DNA of 64,000 nucleotides from Escherichia coli (GTDB lineage Bacteria; Pseudomonadota; Gammaproteobacteria; Enterobacterales; Enterobacteriaceae): NCBI RefSeq assembly GCF_044324785.1, contig NZ_CP172127.1; one strand, 5' to 3'. Shown piece by piece: positions 42,389 to 55,694 of this stretch (position 1 is its first letter; each line of letters starts with the position of its first letter). The notes under the pieces were generated by a model. It saw only the letters and a program-made list of their open reading frames with translations, ran no database searches and was not told where the DNA came from. The position numbers and the translations under genes were made by a program.

Positions 42389-43819
42389 TTACGGTTCCCA
42401 GCGCAGTTCGTCGTTTGACAATGCGTCGAACGGTTCGACAAGCGTTAGCGTGATCTCATTGGAGGAGACACGCTGCCCCTGGTTATCTTCCACCACCACC
42501 GACAATCGCCAGTGATTGCTCGCCCTTTCCCCGTTCTGCCAGTCAGGCATGATCAGCGTCCAGCCCTCCGCGCTGTTGGCTTGTGCACCCGGCGTCAAAC
42601 TTAATATCTGCGTATCGCCCTGCCAAATCAGTTGCCGAATACCGTAACGACTGCGGATTTGTAATTTCAGCGGCACTGTTTCGCCAGGTTTTAGATCCCA
42701 CGGCGGTGTCGCCAGAAACACCGTTAACGTTTTTCGCTGTCGGTACTCAAGAGTCGGTAGATTATTTCGCTGCGGATTGTCATAGCGACTACCACGTAAT
42801 GACTGACTTTCGGCAACCTCGCCCGCAGAAAGTTGTTTTTTGAGCGGTACACCAAAGCGGTAGTTAAGATTCAGCCCGAGGTTATTTTGATTTTCGCCAC
42901 TTTCACCCTGTTTATGCTGGGCCGTCACAGTGACTAAGGGCACAGGGGTGTAATTTAATCCCAGACTCAACGCGACGGGATTGTGATAACCCGTACCAGA
43001 GTTAAACAAATCAACACGATCACCAAAATACTGTTCTACGCTGACACTGGTATTGAGGTGTTGATAGAACGGCATGCGCATCCGGGCTGTCAGGTCGTAC
43101 CCGCGCGCCATCCGTTGTTCCTGCGTGGCTGACTGTTCATGCCATGCAGCAAACGGCTGATAAAAGTTTGCCGATAGTCGCAAATATTCGCCCCACGCTT
43201 CGGCACCAAAGCCCGCTCGCTGAAGATTTTCGTCCAGCAAGTTGTCATAAAAAGTGTTATAACCCACCAGCCAGTTGCCGCGCGCCCAGCGTTGCCCAAC
43301 GCCCACATTGCTCACCAACCCATCATCCTGCTGAGTAAGACCAAGCTGGCTCCAGGTGAGATAACGATCATTATCTTGTAACGGCACAAACCAGCTTCCA
43401 CGACTGCCGGTGAAATGTCCTTCGTTATCCACTTTGACGTCAACACTGGCATTTCCCCACGGTGATAGCCAGGACTCTACGTGCTGATTAACCTGTTGAC
43501 TAAGCGCGTCGCGGACTTTTCCCAATGCGAAAGCTTTTGCCTGCTCGCCAGTATCCAGCCCGTTATCATTCATACTGGTTTCGCCGAAATCTTTCACAAT
43601 TTCAGCAAAGTGTTTTTCCCCATCATGATTTTCAGGTGCCATGCCTAAATCCGGCAGACCATCATTGTTATTATCAAAGGGATTTGCCGCTTTTTGCTCG
43701 AAGGTAGATTGTGCGTTAGCGGTACCGCCTGCCGCCAGCAAGAGTAAATAAAACGGAATAATGCGAGGAACGAAACGGCTCAAAACGTCGGTAACTTCCG
43801 GTAAAAAATGAAAAACCAT
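42389..43819 (-). CDS. ychO: Putative invasin/intimin-family outer membrane protein YchO
   Basis: 476-aa ORF with N-terminal signal-like segment (…RIIPFYLLLLAAGGTANA) and beta-rich body ending in a Big-like region; start uncertain (ATG 43819 or in-frame TTG 43783). Confidence 0.75.
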   Translation of the reverse strand: MVFHFLPEVTDVLSRFVPRIIPFYLLLLAAGGTANAQSTFEQKAANPFDNNNDGLPDLGMAPENHDGEKHFAEIVKDFGETSMNDNGLDTGEQAKAFALGKVRDALSQQVNQHVESWLSPWGNASVDVKVDNEGHFTGSRGSWFVPLQDNDRYLTWSQLGLTQQDDGLVSNVGVGQRWARGNWLVGYNTFYDNLLDENLQRAGFGAEAWGEYLRLSANFYQPFAAWHEQSATQEQRMARGYDLTARMRMPFYQHLNTSVSVEQYFGDRVDLFNSGTGYHNPVALSLGLNYTPVPLVTVTAQHKQGESGENQNNLGLNLNYRFGVPLKKQLSAGEVAESQSLRGSRYDNPQRNNLPTLEYRQRKTLTVFLATPPWDLKPGETVPLKLQIRSRYGIRQLIWQGDTQILSLTPGAQANSAEGWTLIMPDWQNGERASNHWRLSVVVEDNQGQRVSSNEITLTLVEPFDALSNDELRWEP

Positions 43820-43847
43820 AGCCCTAAAGAATAACGATTACTGGTAA

Positions 43848-43939
<92 letters not shown>

Positions 43940-43968
43940 ATCTAATTCCCTGAATACAGGAGTAAATA

Positions 43969-44322
43969 ATGCAAAAAATCGTGATCGTTGCCAATGGCGC
44001 ACCTTACGGGAGCGAATCCTTGTTTAACAGCTTGCGGCTGGCCATTGCGTTACGAGAGCAGGAGAGCAATCTGGATCTGCGTCTGTTCCTGATGTCTGAT
44101 GCGGTCACAGCCGGGTTGCGCGGGCAAAAACCAGGGGAAGGCTACAACATTCAGCAAATGCTGGAGATCCTTACCGCTCAGAATGTACCGGTGAAATTGT
44201 GCAAAACCTGTACCGACGGGCGCGGGATTAGTACACTTCCTCTGATTGATGGGGTGGAAATCGGTACTCTTGTTGAGCTGGCGCAATGGACGCTGTCAGC
44301 CGATAAAGTGCTCACATTTTAA
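43969..44322 (+). CDS. ychN: DsrE/DsrF-like protein YchN
   Basis: 117-aa ORF MQKIVIVANGAPYGSESLFNSLRLAIAL…; recognised as YchN. Confidence 0.85.
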   Translation: MQKIVIVANGAPYGSESLFNSLRLAIALREQESNLDLRLFLMSDAVTAGLRGQKPGEGYNIQQMLEILTAQNVPVKLCKTCTDGRGISTLPLIDGVEIGTLVELAQWTLSADKVLTF

Positions 44323-44365
44323 TGTTTGAGGGGGCGTCTGACGCCCCACTATGAGGGAAGTTTAC

Positions 44366-45061
44366 TCAGGCGAATCCCGGCCGTAACACACCATCCGGAT
44401 AATTCTCCGCCAGCAGTTTTTTTACCGATACCAGCAATTCATTCAGCCCATCGTCCTGCATTCCCAGTTTGATAAGCTCCTGTTCCAGTGAAAACAGGTA
44501 TTGTGCATTGGTTCCCAGCGGACCGCTCGCCGCCGCAATCAACGGCGCGATGACCTGAGCGCGAGTGTCAGATTCATATTCTGGATGTCGCGGGTCCATA
44601 ATAAACACAATGGCGTTTACTGTGCGTCCATCATCAAGATCAAGCTGACACCAGGTTGGCAGATAACAACCGGTAATCATCTCACGCTTCCACAGCAGGG
44701 TTAGTTCCTGCTCCAGCGTCTCTTCTGGCAGTCGATAGGCGACGCCTGTGGTGCGTCCGCCCTCTTTCAGTGCAAGCATTCGTCCCGGCTGGTGCGCAGT
44801 CCCGCGCCCGGCGGTCAGACGCAGGCAAAACGCGCGATGCCATCCAACCAGTGTACCGGTGCACGACTCGGTAAACTCCAGTGCCGGATTCCACATCAAC
44901 GATCCATAACCGAAGATCCACACCGGTCCCTCATCAGGTCGACAAGCCAGCGTCGCCGCCAGCGAAGCCGCCCGTTGTTCTGCTGACCATAAGAGTGATT
45001 CTTCAATGGCACCAAATGCCGTTTTACAATCGGCATTCATCAAGAAATCACGCGTTATCAC
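44366..45061 (-). CDS. chaC: Glutathione-specific gamma-glutamylcyclotransferase ChaC
   Basis: Start placed at GTG 45059..45061 (VITRDFLMNADCKT…) to give 231 aa; YGSL motif present. Confidence 0.85.
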   Translation of the reverse strand: MITRDFLMNADCKTAFGAIEESLLWSAEQRAASLAATLACRPDEGPVWIFGYGSLMWNPALEFTESCTGTLVGWHRAFCLRLTAGRGTAHQPGRMLALKEGGRTTGVAYRLPEETLEQELTLLWKREMITGCYLPTWCQLDLDDGRTVNAIVFIMDPRHPEYESDTRAQVIAPLIAAASGPLGTNAQYLFSLEQELIKLGMQDDGLNELLVSVKKLLAENYPDGVLRPGFA

Positions 45062-45218
45062 CTTACACCTCCGCCACTGCATACTTCCCTGCGACAACTA
45101 TTTGGTGTCTTCCGGACATTTTTACTGCTCATTTTGAAACCACTAACGGGACAATATGCAATCCACGGACCACTTGCAAGGCAACACCGCACGAATAGCT
45201 TTAACTAAGCTGCCGGTT

Positions 45219-45449
45219 TTACGACTTTTTATGCCATTTATCATCATCCCCTTTGGCATATTCATGCTTCACAGCAGCCCAGGCCACTTTATGCGCGGTT
45301 TCTTCGCGACTGGCGTCATCACGCCGATCTTCTTTATCTTTATATTGATCCCATGCGCTGTTGAACGCTTCTTTATAGATATCCTGAGCATGAGACGGTA
45401 GCACGTGCTTTACGCTTTCCGGCAGATCGCTTTTCGTTTTATACGGCAT
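45219..45449 (-). CDS. chaB: Cation transport regulator ChaB
   Basis: 76-aa ORF MPYKTKSDLPESVKHVLPSHAQDIYKEAFNSAWDQYK…. Confidence 0.9.
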   Translation of the reverse strand: MPYKTKSDLPESVKHVLPSHAQDIYKEAFNSAWDQYKDKEDRRDDASREETAHKVAWAAVKHEYAKGDDDKWHKKS

Positions 45450-45718
45450 CGTTGACTCCTTTTACAAAGTTGAACATTAAGTGTGGTCAACAATATCCAC
45501 TCTTGCCAAAACATAAGAATTTTCATGTCAGACTCTTCTTAAGAAACGCTAAAACAAACATTGTCTAAACGCATTGCTTATTTTTATGGCCCGATGAGTA
45601 AAAAATCGACAGCGGGGTAAAAATTCGTAAAATGTTACCGATATCCAGACACTTTCTGTTATTTTTCCTACCTATTTTTTACATTTTCGATAAATTCATC
45701 TGCAAAGGGATAACCATA

Positions 45719-46819
45719 ATGTCAAATGCTCAAGAGGCGGTAAAAACCCGCCACAAGGAGACTTCGCTTATTTTCCCGGTTCTGGCGCTGGTAGTGCTGT
45801 TCCTGTGGGGAAGCAGCCAGACACTACCAGTGGTCATTGCCATCAATCTTCTTGCTCTTATTGGTATTTTAAGTAGCGCCTTTAGTGTTGTCCGTCATGC
45901 GGACGTATTAGCCCATCGCCTGGGAGAACCTTACGGTTCGCTTATTCTTAGCCTTTCAGTGGTTATTCTTGAAGTCAGTTTGATTTCAGCTTTAATGGCA
46001 ACCGGCGACGCCGCGCCAACGCTAATGCGTGATACGCTCTATTCAATCATTATGATTGTTACCGGTGGGCTGGTTGGCTTTTCATTATTGTTGGGCGGAC
46101 GCAAGTTTGCCACCCAATATATGAATCTGTTTGGTATCAAGCAGTATTTAATTGCGCTGTTCCCCCTGGCGATAATCGTACTGGTATTTCCAATGGCTCT
46201 GCCTGTGGCGAATTTTTCAACCGGTCAGGCGTTACTGGTAGCATTAATTTCTGCGGCAATGTATGGCGTATTTTTGCTGATCCAGACCAAAACGCATCAA
46301 AGTTTATTTGTCTACGAGCACGAAGATGACAGTGATGATGACGACCCGCACCACGGTAAACCGTCTGCCCATAGCAGCCTGTGGCATGCTATCTGGTTGA
46401 TTGTCCATCTGATTGCCGTTATTGCGGTGACCAAAATGAACGCCAGCCCGCTGGAGACATTGCTCGACAGCATGAATGCCCCTGTCGCCTTTACTGGCTT
46501 CCTGGTGGCTCTGTTGATTCTGTCGCCGGAAGGTTTAGGTGCGTTAAAAGCAGTGTTGAACAACCAGGTCCAGCGCGCGATGAATCTGTTCTTTGGTTCA
46601 GTGTTAGCAACCATTTCGCTTACCGTACCTGTCGTCACGCTAATTGCCTTTATGACGGGTAACGAATTGCAGTTTGCACTTGGTGCGCCAGAAATGGTGG
46701 TGATGGTGGCCTCTTTAGTGCTGTGCCATATCTCCTTCTCCACCGGACGTACTAACGTGCTCAATGGCGCAGCGCATCTGGCACTGTTTGCCGCCTATTT
46801 GATGACGATATTTGCCTGA
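45719..46819 (+). CDS. chaA: Na+(K+,Ca2+)/H+ antiporter ChaA
   Basis: Start placed at MSNAQEAVKTRHKETSLIFP (ATG 45719) to give 366 aa; track ORF over-extends upstream. Confidence 0.9.
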   Translation: MSNAQEAVKTRHKETSLIFPVLALVVLFLWGSSQTLPVVIAINLLALIGILSSAFSVVRHADVLAHRLGEPYGSLILSLSVVILEVSLISALMATGDAAPTLMRDTLYSIIMIVTGGLVGFSLLLGGRKFATQYMNLFGIKQYLIALFPLAIIVLVFPMALPVANFSTGQALLVALISAAMYGVFLLIQTKTHQSLFVYEHEDDSDDDDPHHGKPSAHSSLWHAIWLIVHLIAVIAVTKMNASPLETLLDSMNAPVAFTGFLVALLILSPEGLGALKAVLNNQVQRAMNLFFGSVLATISLTVPVVTLIAFMTGNELQFALGAPEMVVMVASLVLCHISFSTGRTNVLNGAAHLALFAAYLMTIFA

Positions 46820-47107
46820 CAGTTATATCTCCTCCGATGACGGAAATCGGGGGAGATAATATAAATTCCTGCTTATTGTATTTCTTCATACTACCTGAAC
46901 AGGTCGTTAATCAGAATTGCGAGCCTGTACCACAACCTGCACGAAACCACTGCAACAGCTATTGAAAAGCCGGAATGTACTCTTTATTGCAAACATTTCA
47001 GGGATGAAGTGAAGATGAATTGAGACGTAATATCCACACCAAGCCGGCGTTATCCGGTGAGGCGCAATGTTGCGGGGGCTTTATCCCTGGTGGCATTGGT
47101 TGCTGGA

Positions 47108-47176
47108 AAGAGAAAACCCCCGCACGTTGAGAGGTAAAACCTGACAACAAAACGGGGGCTAATCTTGAAACCAGAC
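47108..47176 (-). ncRNA. rdlA: Rdl antisense RNA (antitoxin of the ldr/rdl type I module)
   Basis: Minus-strand sequence GTCTGGTTTCAAGATTAGCCCCCGTTTTGTTGTCAGG…CGTGCGGGGGTTTTCTC matches Rdl as recalled, with terminal hairpin CCCCCG…CGGGGG plus U-tract; ends approximate. Confidence 0.5.
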
Positions 47177-47223
47177 ACTTCAAGAATAGCCGCAAAATGT
47201 TGTCATTACAACAAGGCGGCTAT

Positions 47224-47331
47224 ATGACGCTCGCGCAGTTTGCCGTGATTTTCTGGCACGACCTGGCAGCACCGATCCTGGCGGGAATTATTACCGCAGC
47301 GATTGTCGGCTGGTGGCGTAACCGGAAGTAA
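47224..47331 (+). CDS. ldrA: Ldr type I toxin (35-aa hydrophobic peptide)
   Basis: ATG 47224 to TAA 47329 gives MTLAQFAVIFWHDLAAPILAGIITAAIVGWWRNRK; below the length cut-off of the supplied ORF track. Confidence 0.8.
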   Translation: MTLAQFAVIFWHDLAAPILAGIITAAIVGWWRNRK

Positions 47332-47478
47332 GGCGAAAACGGGCGTCAGGCTGCCGTGATGGCAATATGCGCCCGAAACCGGCCGCAGGGGTAACAGCCT
47401 GCGGCCTTTTTTGTATCCGGCCCCATGAAAAAAGCCTTAACGCAGAACGCTAAAGCTTTAGTTTTCAAGCAAAAAAGA

Positions 47479-48342
<864 letters not shown>

Positions 48343-48368
48343 TTAATCTTGAGTAAAATGTCGATTAA

Positions 48369-49178
48369 TTAATGCAGCACAATATGTTTATGCGCGATGT
48401 TATTTATTTGCGCACGGATCATTTCGCTGATCGGGTCTTCCGGACACTGTTCAACGAAATAACTTAAATCGTTCAACGCAACGTGTTCGCAATCCAGTTG
48501 CGCATAAATCAACCCGCGATCGCGAATTTCATAGGGATCTTCCGGGTTGAATTGTAATAAAGCTTCGCTGGTGCGTAACGCCAGCTCCATCTGATTTTCT
48601 TCCATCAACGAAGCTTTGAGTGTATCCAGCAATTTGCGGATTACCTCAATGTTATCAGCTTCATCAAGGTCTTCATAAAACAGTTCCGCCGACGGGCTGA
48701 TATTTCCCTTTAACCATACATCCAGCATATGTTCGCTTAACGATTCACCGTTAAAAGGATTAATCAGCCAAATTTCGCCATCCGGACATTCAATGCGCAA
48801 TATCAGCTGCGTCGGGAAAATCACCGGCAGCAGCGGCAAATCGAGACGATTCGCGACCCATAATAAAACGGCACCTAATGATACGGCACTGCCCTGTCGA
48901 TTCTTTAACACCTGGTCCAGCCATAATGCATCGGAAAGACGATAAACGCCGCGTGAGGCTTTAAATCCCCAGTCGCCGTAAAACAGCGCGATCAGTTTTT
49001 CCAGCTGCTCTTCTAAAGGTAGAAGCTGGCTGATTTCTTCCTTCGCCAGAGAAACGAGACGCTCCAGTTCGTCGTAAACATCTTGCGAGGGAAAATCGCG
49101 GCGGATTGCTTCGCAAGCCAGGATCATGCCTTCGCACAATGGCGCTTTATTAAATTCGAAATCAGCTAACGATCTCAT
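48369..49178 (-). CDS. sirB1: SirB1 (YchA), TPR/transglutaminase-like protein
   Basis: 269-aa ORF; position between kdsA and sirB2. Confidence 0.85.
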   Translation of the reverse strand: MRSLADFEFNKAPLCEGMILACEAIRRDFPSQDVYDELERLVSLAKEEISQLLPLEEQLEKLIALFYGDWGFKASRGVYRLSDALWLDQVLKNRQGSAVSLGAVLLWVANRLDLPLLPVIFPTQLILRIECPDGEIWLINPFNGESLSEHMLDVWLKGNISPSAELFYEDLDEADNIEVIRKLLDTLKASLMEENQMELALRTSEALLQFNPEDPYEIRDRGLIYAQLDCEHVALNDLSYFVEQCPEDPISEMIRAQINNIAHKHIVLH

Positions 49179-49181
49179 GAC

Positions 49182-49574
49182 TTACCCCAGTAACGGTACT
49201 TTTGTGGTGGCGAGTTTAATGATGATGTACAGCACCACCAACGCCAGCGGGAAGGCAATAATGCGCGCCTGCTGACTGTGCATACGACGATAATCGAGTG
49301 CAATAAAACCCAAAACGATATAAATGATAACTCCAAACAGCTTTTCAGTCAGCCACTGTGCCTGCCCGGAAAATGGCAGGATGTGCGCTTTAGCCATCAA
49401 CGCAATGCCGCTTAACAATAACACCGTATCGACAACCGGCGGCACAATGCGCGTCCAACGAGCAAATGCCTGTGGATGCTTCTGATAACGTAGCCAGAAA
49501 CGTAAGGTTAATAGCCCTACAGAAAGCGCAATGCTAATGAGATGAACGCTAAGCAGTGTAGAAAAACTTGTCAT
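49182..49574 (-). CDS. sirB2: SirB2 (YchQ), small inner membrane protein
   Basis: 130-aa, four-TM ORF; 4-nt overlap with prmC. Confidence 0.8.
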   Translation of the reverse strand: MTSFSTLLSVHLISIALSVGLLTLRFWLRYQKHPQAFARWTRIVPPVVDTVLLLSGIALMAKAHILPFSGQAQWLTEKLFGVIIYIVLGFIALDYRRMHSQQARIIAFPLALVVLYIIIKLATTKVPLLG

Positions 49575-50404
49575 TGATAATAGCGGCCGAGCGTTACGCG
49601 CTCGTTATCACCATAGTCCCGACAGGTTTCGACGTCATGATATCCCGCGTGGATAAATGCCTGTCGCACCGCTTCGCCCTGCTGCCAACCATGTTCCAGA
49701 AGCAGAAAGCCGCCGGATACCAGCGCGTTACGCGACTGTTCGATGATATGCACGATGTCTGCCATTCCACTGTCTGCCGCAACCAGCGCAGTGAGCGGCT
49801 CAAAGCGGACATCGCCTTGTTGAAGATGTGGGTCCTGCTCGTCAATATACGGCGGATTACTGACAATCATCGCAAACTGCTGCCCGGCTAGCGCGCTAAA
49901 CCAGTCGCTTTGCAGAATATGGATGTTTTTGATCGCCAGATGCTGGGCATTACGTTGCGCCAGGGCGACAGCATCAGGCATACGATCTACAGCGGTAATT
50001 TCGCAGTCCGGGCGCTCGCTAGCCAGCGCCAGCGCAATCGCCCCGGTACCCGTCCCGAGATCGAGAATACGGCAAGGTTGTTCAGGCAACCGCGCCAGTG
50101 CCTGCTCCACCAGACACTCCGTATCCGGGCGCGGAATTAAGGTCGCTGGCGAAACAAATAACGGCAGCGACCAGAATTCTCGCACCCCGGTTAAATGAGC
50201 AATAGGTTCACCATTGCGACGACGCGTCAGTAGCGCATCAAGTTGCTGACATTGTTCGTCAGTCAGCTGCGTTTCACCAAAGGCGAGAATAAAAGTACGC
50301 CCTTTGCCGGTAACATGCTCCAGCAGGATTTCAGCATCACGCCGCGGGCTTTCGCTCGCCTGAAGTTTACTTATTGCTTCACGTAACCAGTATTGATATT
50401 CCAT
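49571..50404 (-). CDS. prmC: Release factor glutamine methyltransferase PrmC (HemK)
   Basis: 277 aa; SAM-binding LDLGTGTGAIALALA and NPPY catalytic motif. Confidence 0.95.
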   Translation of the reverse strand: MEYQYWLREAISKLQASESPRRDAEILLEHVTGKGRTFILAFGETQLTDEQCQQLDALLTRRRNGEPIAHLTGVREFWSLPLFVSPATLIPRPDTECLVEQALARLPEQPCRILDLGTGTGAIALALASERPDCEITAVDRMPDAVALAQRNAQHLAIKNIHILQSDWFSALAGQQFAMIVSNPPYIDEQDPHLQQGDVRFEPLTALVAADSGMADIVHIIEQSRNALVSGGFLLLEHGWQQGEAVRQAFIHAGYHDVETCRDYGDNERVTLGRYYQ

Positions 50405-51486
50405 TATTCCTGCTCGGACAACGCCGCCAGTTGGTCGGCCTGATGTTCCTGGATAATCGGTTCAATCAGCATATCCAGCTTACCTTCCATCACTTCATCC
50501 AGACGGTAGAGCGTCAGGTTGATGCGGTGATCGGTAACGCGCCCCTGCGGGAAATTGTAAGTACGGTTACGGTCGCTGCGATCGCCACTCCCCAGCAGGT
50601 TACGACGGGTAGACGCTTCGGCCTGTTGCCGTTTTGCCATTTCTGCAGCGTGGATGCGAGCACCAAGCACAGAAAGTGCTTTAGCTTTGTTTTTATGCTG
50701 TGAACGTTCGTCCTGACATTCAACAACAATCCCGGTCGGCAAGTGGGTAATACGGATTGCCGAATCGGTGGTGTTAACGTGCTGACCACCCGCCCCTGAC
50801 GAGCGGAAAGTATCAATGCGCAAATCTGCTGGGTTGATGTCCGGCAGTTCTGCGTCAGGCAGTTCTGGCATTACCGCAACGGTACAAGCGGAAGTATGAA
50901 TTCGACCCTGCGATTCCGTAGCAGGCACACGCTGCACGCGATGACCGCCAGATTCGAATTTCAAACGACCATATACACCATCACCGCTAATTTTGGCGAT
51001 GATCTCTTTATAACCACCATGTTCACCCTCGCTGGCGCTCATGATTTCTACACGCCAGCGGCGGGCTTCGGCGTAACGGCTGTACATACGGAACAGATCG
51101 CCAGCGAAGAGCGCCGCTTCGTCGCCGCCGGTTCCGGCACGGACTTCGAGGAAGGCGTTACGTTCGTCATCAGGATCTTTTGGTAGTAACAGAACCTGTA
51201 ATTGCTGTTCCAGTTGCTCGCTTTTTTCTTTAGCTTCGCGCAGTTCATCCTGCGCCATCTCACGCATTTCAGGATCGTCGAGCATCATCTGTGCGGTTTC
51301 GATATCTTCCTGAACCTGTTGCCAGTCGGTAAAACAGCGCGAAACATCACTTAACTGCGCATATTCGCGTGATAATGCGCGAAAACGTTCCTGGTCGGCG
51401 ATAGTTTGCGCGTCACCCAGCAACGCCTGAACTTCTTCATGGCGTTCATGCAGGGCTTCCAGTTTGGCAACGATAGAAGGCTTCAT
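50404..51486 (-). CDS. prfA: Peptide chain release factor 1
   Basis: 360 aa; GGQ motif ([12 protein letters not shown]) and PxT-type recognition region; 1-nt overlap with prmC. Confidence 0.97.
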
Positions 51487-51527
51487 AGGCGTAAATGCAC
51501 CCTGTAAAAAAGGAAAATGATGTACTG

Positions 51528-52784
51528 CTACTCCAGCCCGAGGCTGTCGCGCAGAATATTCAGGCGTTCGTTATCCCCGTCACGGGCGGCCTGTTGAAGT
51601 GATTTCGTTGGCGCATGGATCAGGCGGTTAGTCAGTTTCCATGCCAGATCCTGCATAATGGCTTGAGCGTCGCCGCCCTGTTCAAGGGCCGCTAACGCTT
51701 TGGCGGTTAACTCATCGCGAACTTGCTCTGCCTGGCTGCGATACTCGCGAATGGTCTCGCTGGCGCTTTGTGCGCGCAGCCACGCCATAAATTCGCTGGT
51801 TTCCTGAGCGACAATAGTTTCCGCCTCAACCGCTGCGGCTTTACGCTGCGCCAGGTTGTGCGAAATGATGCTTTGCAGATCATCAACACTATAAAGATAA
51901 GCATTCGCCAGTTTGCCAACTTCCGGCTCAACATCGCGCGGAACGGCAATATCCACCAACAGCATTGGTTGGTTGCGACGGCTTTTTAATGCCCGCTCCA
52001 CCATGCCTTTACCGATAATCGGTAACGGGCTTGCAGTTGAACTAATGATGATATCGGCTTCGCGCAGACGCTCGTCGATATCGCTCAGGGCAATCACTTC
52101 CGCACCGACTTCATCTGCCAGAATTTGGGCACGTTCGCGAGTGCGGTTGGCGATAATCATCTTCTGTACTTTGTGTTCGCGCAGATGACGCGCCACCAGC
52201 TCGATGGTTTCGCCCGCACCCACCAGCAGTACCGTCACCGTAGAGAGCGATTCAAAGATCTGCCGCGCCAGCGTACAAGCCGCAAAAGCGACAGACACAG
52301 CACTGGCACCGATATCTGTTTCAGTGCGAACGCGTTTCGCTACAGAGAAAGATTTCTGGAACATGCGTTCCAGTTCGCTGGCCTTCATATGACCTTTTTG
52401 CGAATCAGCAAAGGCTTTTTTTACCTGACCGAGGATCTGCGGCTCCCCCAGAACCAGTGAATCCAGGCCGCTGGCAACACGCATTAAATGGCTAACCGCG
52501 TCGTTATCCTGATGCCAGTAGAGGCTTTTGCGCAGGTCTTCTTCATTAAGATTGTGATAATCGCAAAGCCAGCGGATTAACGCCTCTTGCAGGTTATCCT
52601 GCTCTTCAACGCTAAGATAAAGTTCCGTGCGATTGCACGTCGACAGCACCACGCCGCCCTGCACCATCGGCTGCGCAAGCAGGCTGTCAAGCGCCTGATC
52701 GAGCTTATCCGGCGAAAACGATACACGTTCTCGCAGCGATACAGGTGCCGTTTTATGGTTGATACCGAGTGCTAAAAGGGTCAT
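51528..52784 (-). CDS. hemA: Glutamyl-tRNA reductase
   Basis: Start placed at [21 protein letters not shown] (ATG at 52782..52784 on minus strand) to give 418 aa; track ORF over-extends 66 codons. Confidence 0.95.
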
Positions 52785-52928
52785 GTCTGCGGGAAATAAT
52801 ACCAACGTTGATAGGGTTAGTCTGCTTGCATCATACAGGATGCGTAAGATCAATAAAAGAGAGCGCCCCCTTTTGGAGTAATTGCCGAAAGCCGTTAGAT
52901 TCTGGCAATTAAGACAACTTGAACATAG

Positions 52929-53620
<692 letters not shown>

Positions 53621-53621
<1 letters not shown>

Positions 53622-54472
53622 TGCGGACACAGTGGCCCTCTCCGGCAAAACTTAATCTGTTTTTATACATTACCGGTCAGCGTGCGGATGGTTACCACAC
53701 GCTGCAAACGCTGTTTCAGTTTCTTGATTACGGCGACAACATCAGCATTGAGCTTCGTGACGATGGGGATATTCGTCTGTTAACGCCCGTTGAAGGCGTG
53801 GAACATGAAGATAACCTGATCGTTCGTGCAGCGCGGTTGTTGATGAAAACTGCGGCAGACAGCGGGCGTCTTCCGACGGGAAGCGGTGCGAATATCAGCA
53901 TTGATAAGCGTTTGCCGATGGGCGGCGGTCTCGGCGGTGGTTCATCCAATGCCGCGACGGTCCTGGTGGCATTAAATCACCTCTGGCAATGCGGGCTAAG
54001 CATGGATGAGCTGGCGGAAATGGGACTGACGCTGGGCGCAGATGTTCCTGTCTTTGTTCGGGGGCATGCCGCGTTTGCCGAAGGCGTTGGTGAAATACTA
54101 ACGCCGGTGGATCCGCCAGAGAAGTGGTATCTGGTGGCGCACCCTGGTGTAAGTATTCCGACACCGGTGATTTTTAAAGATCCTGAACTCCCGCGCAATA
54201 CGCCAAAAAGGTCAATAGAAACGTTGCTAAAATGTGAATTCAGCAATGATTGCGAGGTTATCGCAAGAAAACGTTTTCGCGAGGTTGATGCGGTGCTTTC
54301 CTGGCTGTTAGAATACGCCCCGTCGCGCCTGACTGGGACAGGGGCCTGTGTCTTTGCTGAATTTGATACAGAGTCTGAAGCCCGCCAGGTGCTAGAGCAA
54401 GCCCCGGAATGGCTCAATGGCTTTGTGGCGAAAGGCGTTAATCTTTCCCCATTGCACAGAGCCATGCTTTAA
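53621..54472 (+). CDS. ispE: 4-diphosphocytidyl-2-C-methyl-D-erythritol kinase
   Basis: 283 aa, GHMP-kinase motif [14 protein letters not shown]; start overlaps lolB stop. Confidence 0.95.
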
Positions 54473-54496
54473 GCCGGGCAAGCTGAGTTTCGGTGA

Positions 54497-55570
<1,074 letters not shown>

Positions 55571-55585
55571 TCGAACCCGGCTCAA

Positions 55586-55610
55586 AGACCCGCTGCGGCG
55601 GGTTTTTTTG
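55586..55610 (+). terminator. Rho-independent terminator after prs
   Basis: CCCGC-tgcg-GCGGG followed by TTTTTTTG. Confidence 0.75.
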
Positions 55611-55694
55611 TCTGTAATATCCATTTGTATGACCTATGCCTCCTTCACCTGCCATTTAGTTGACAGATGATGCGCTCACGGATGAAACATTATT

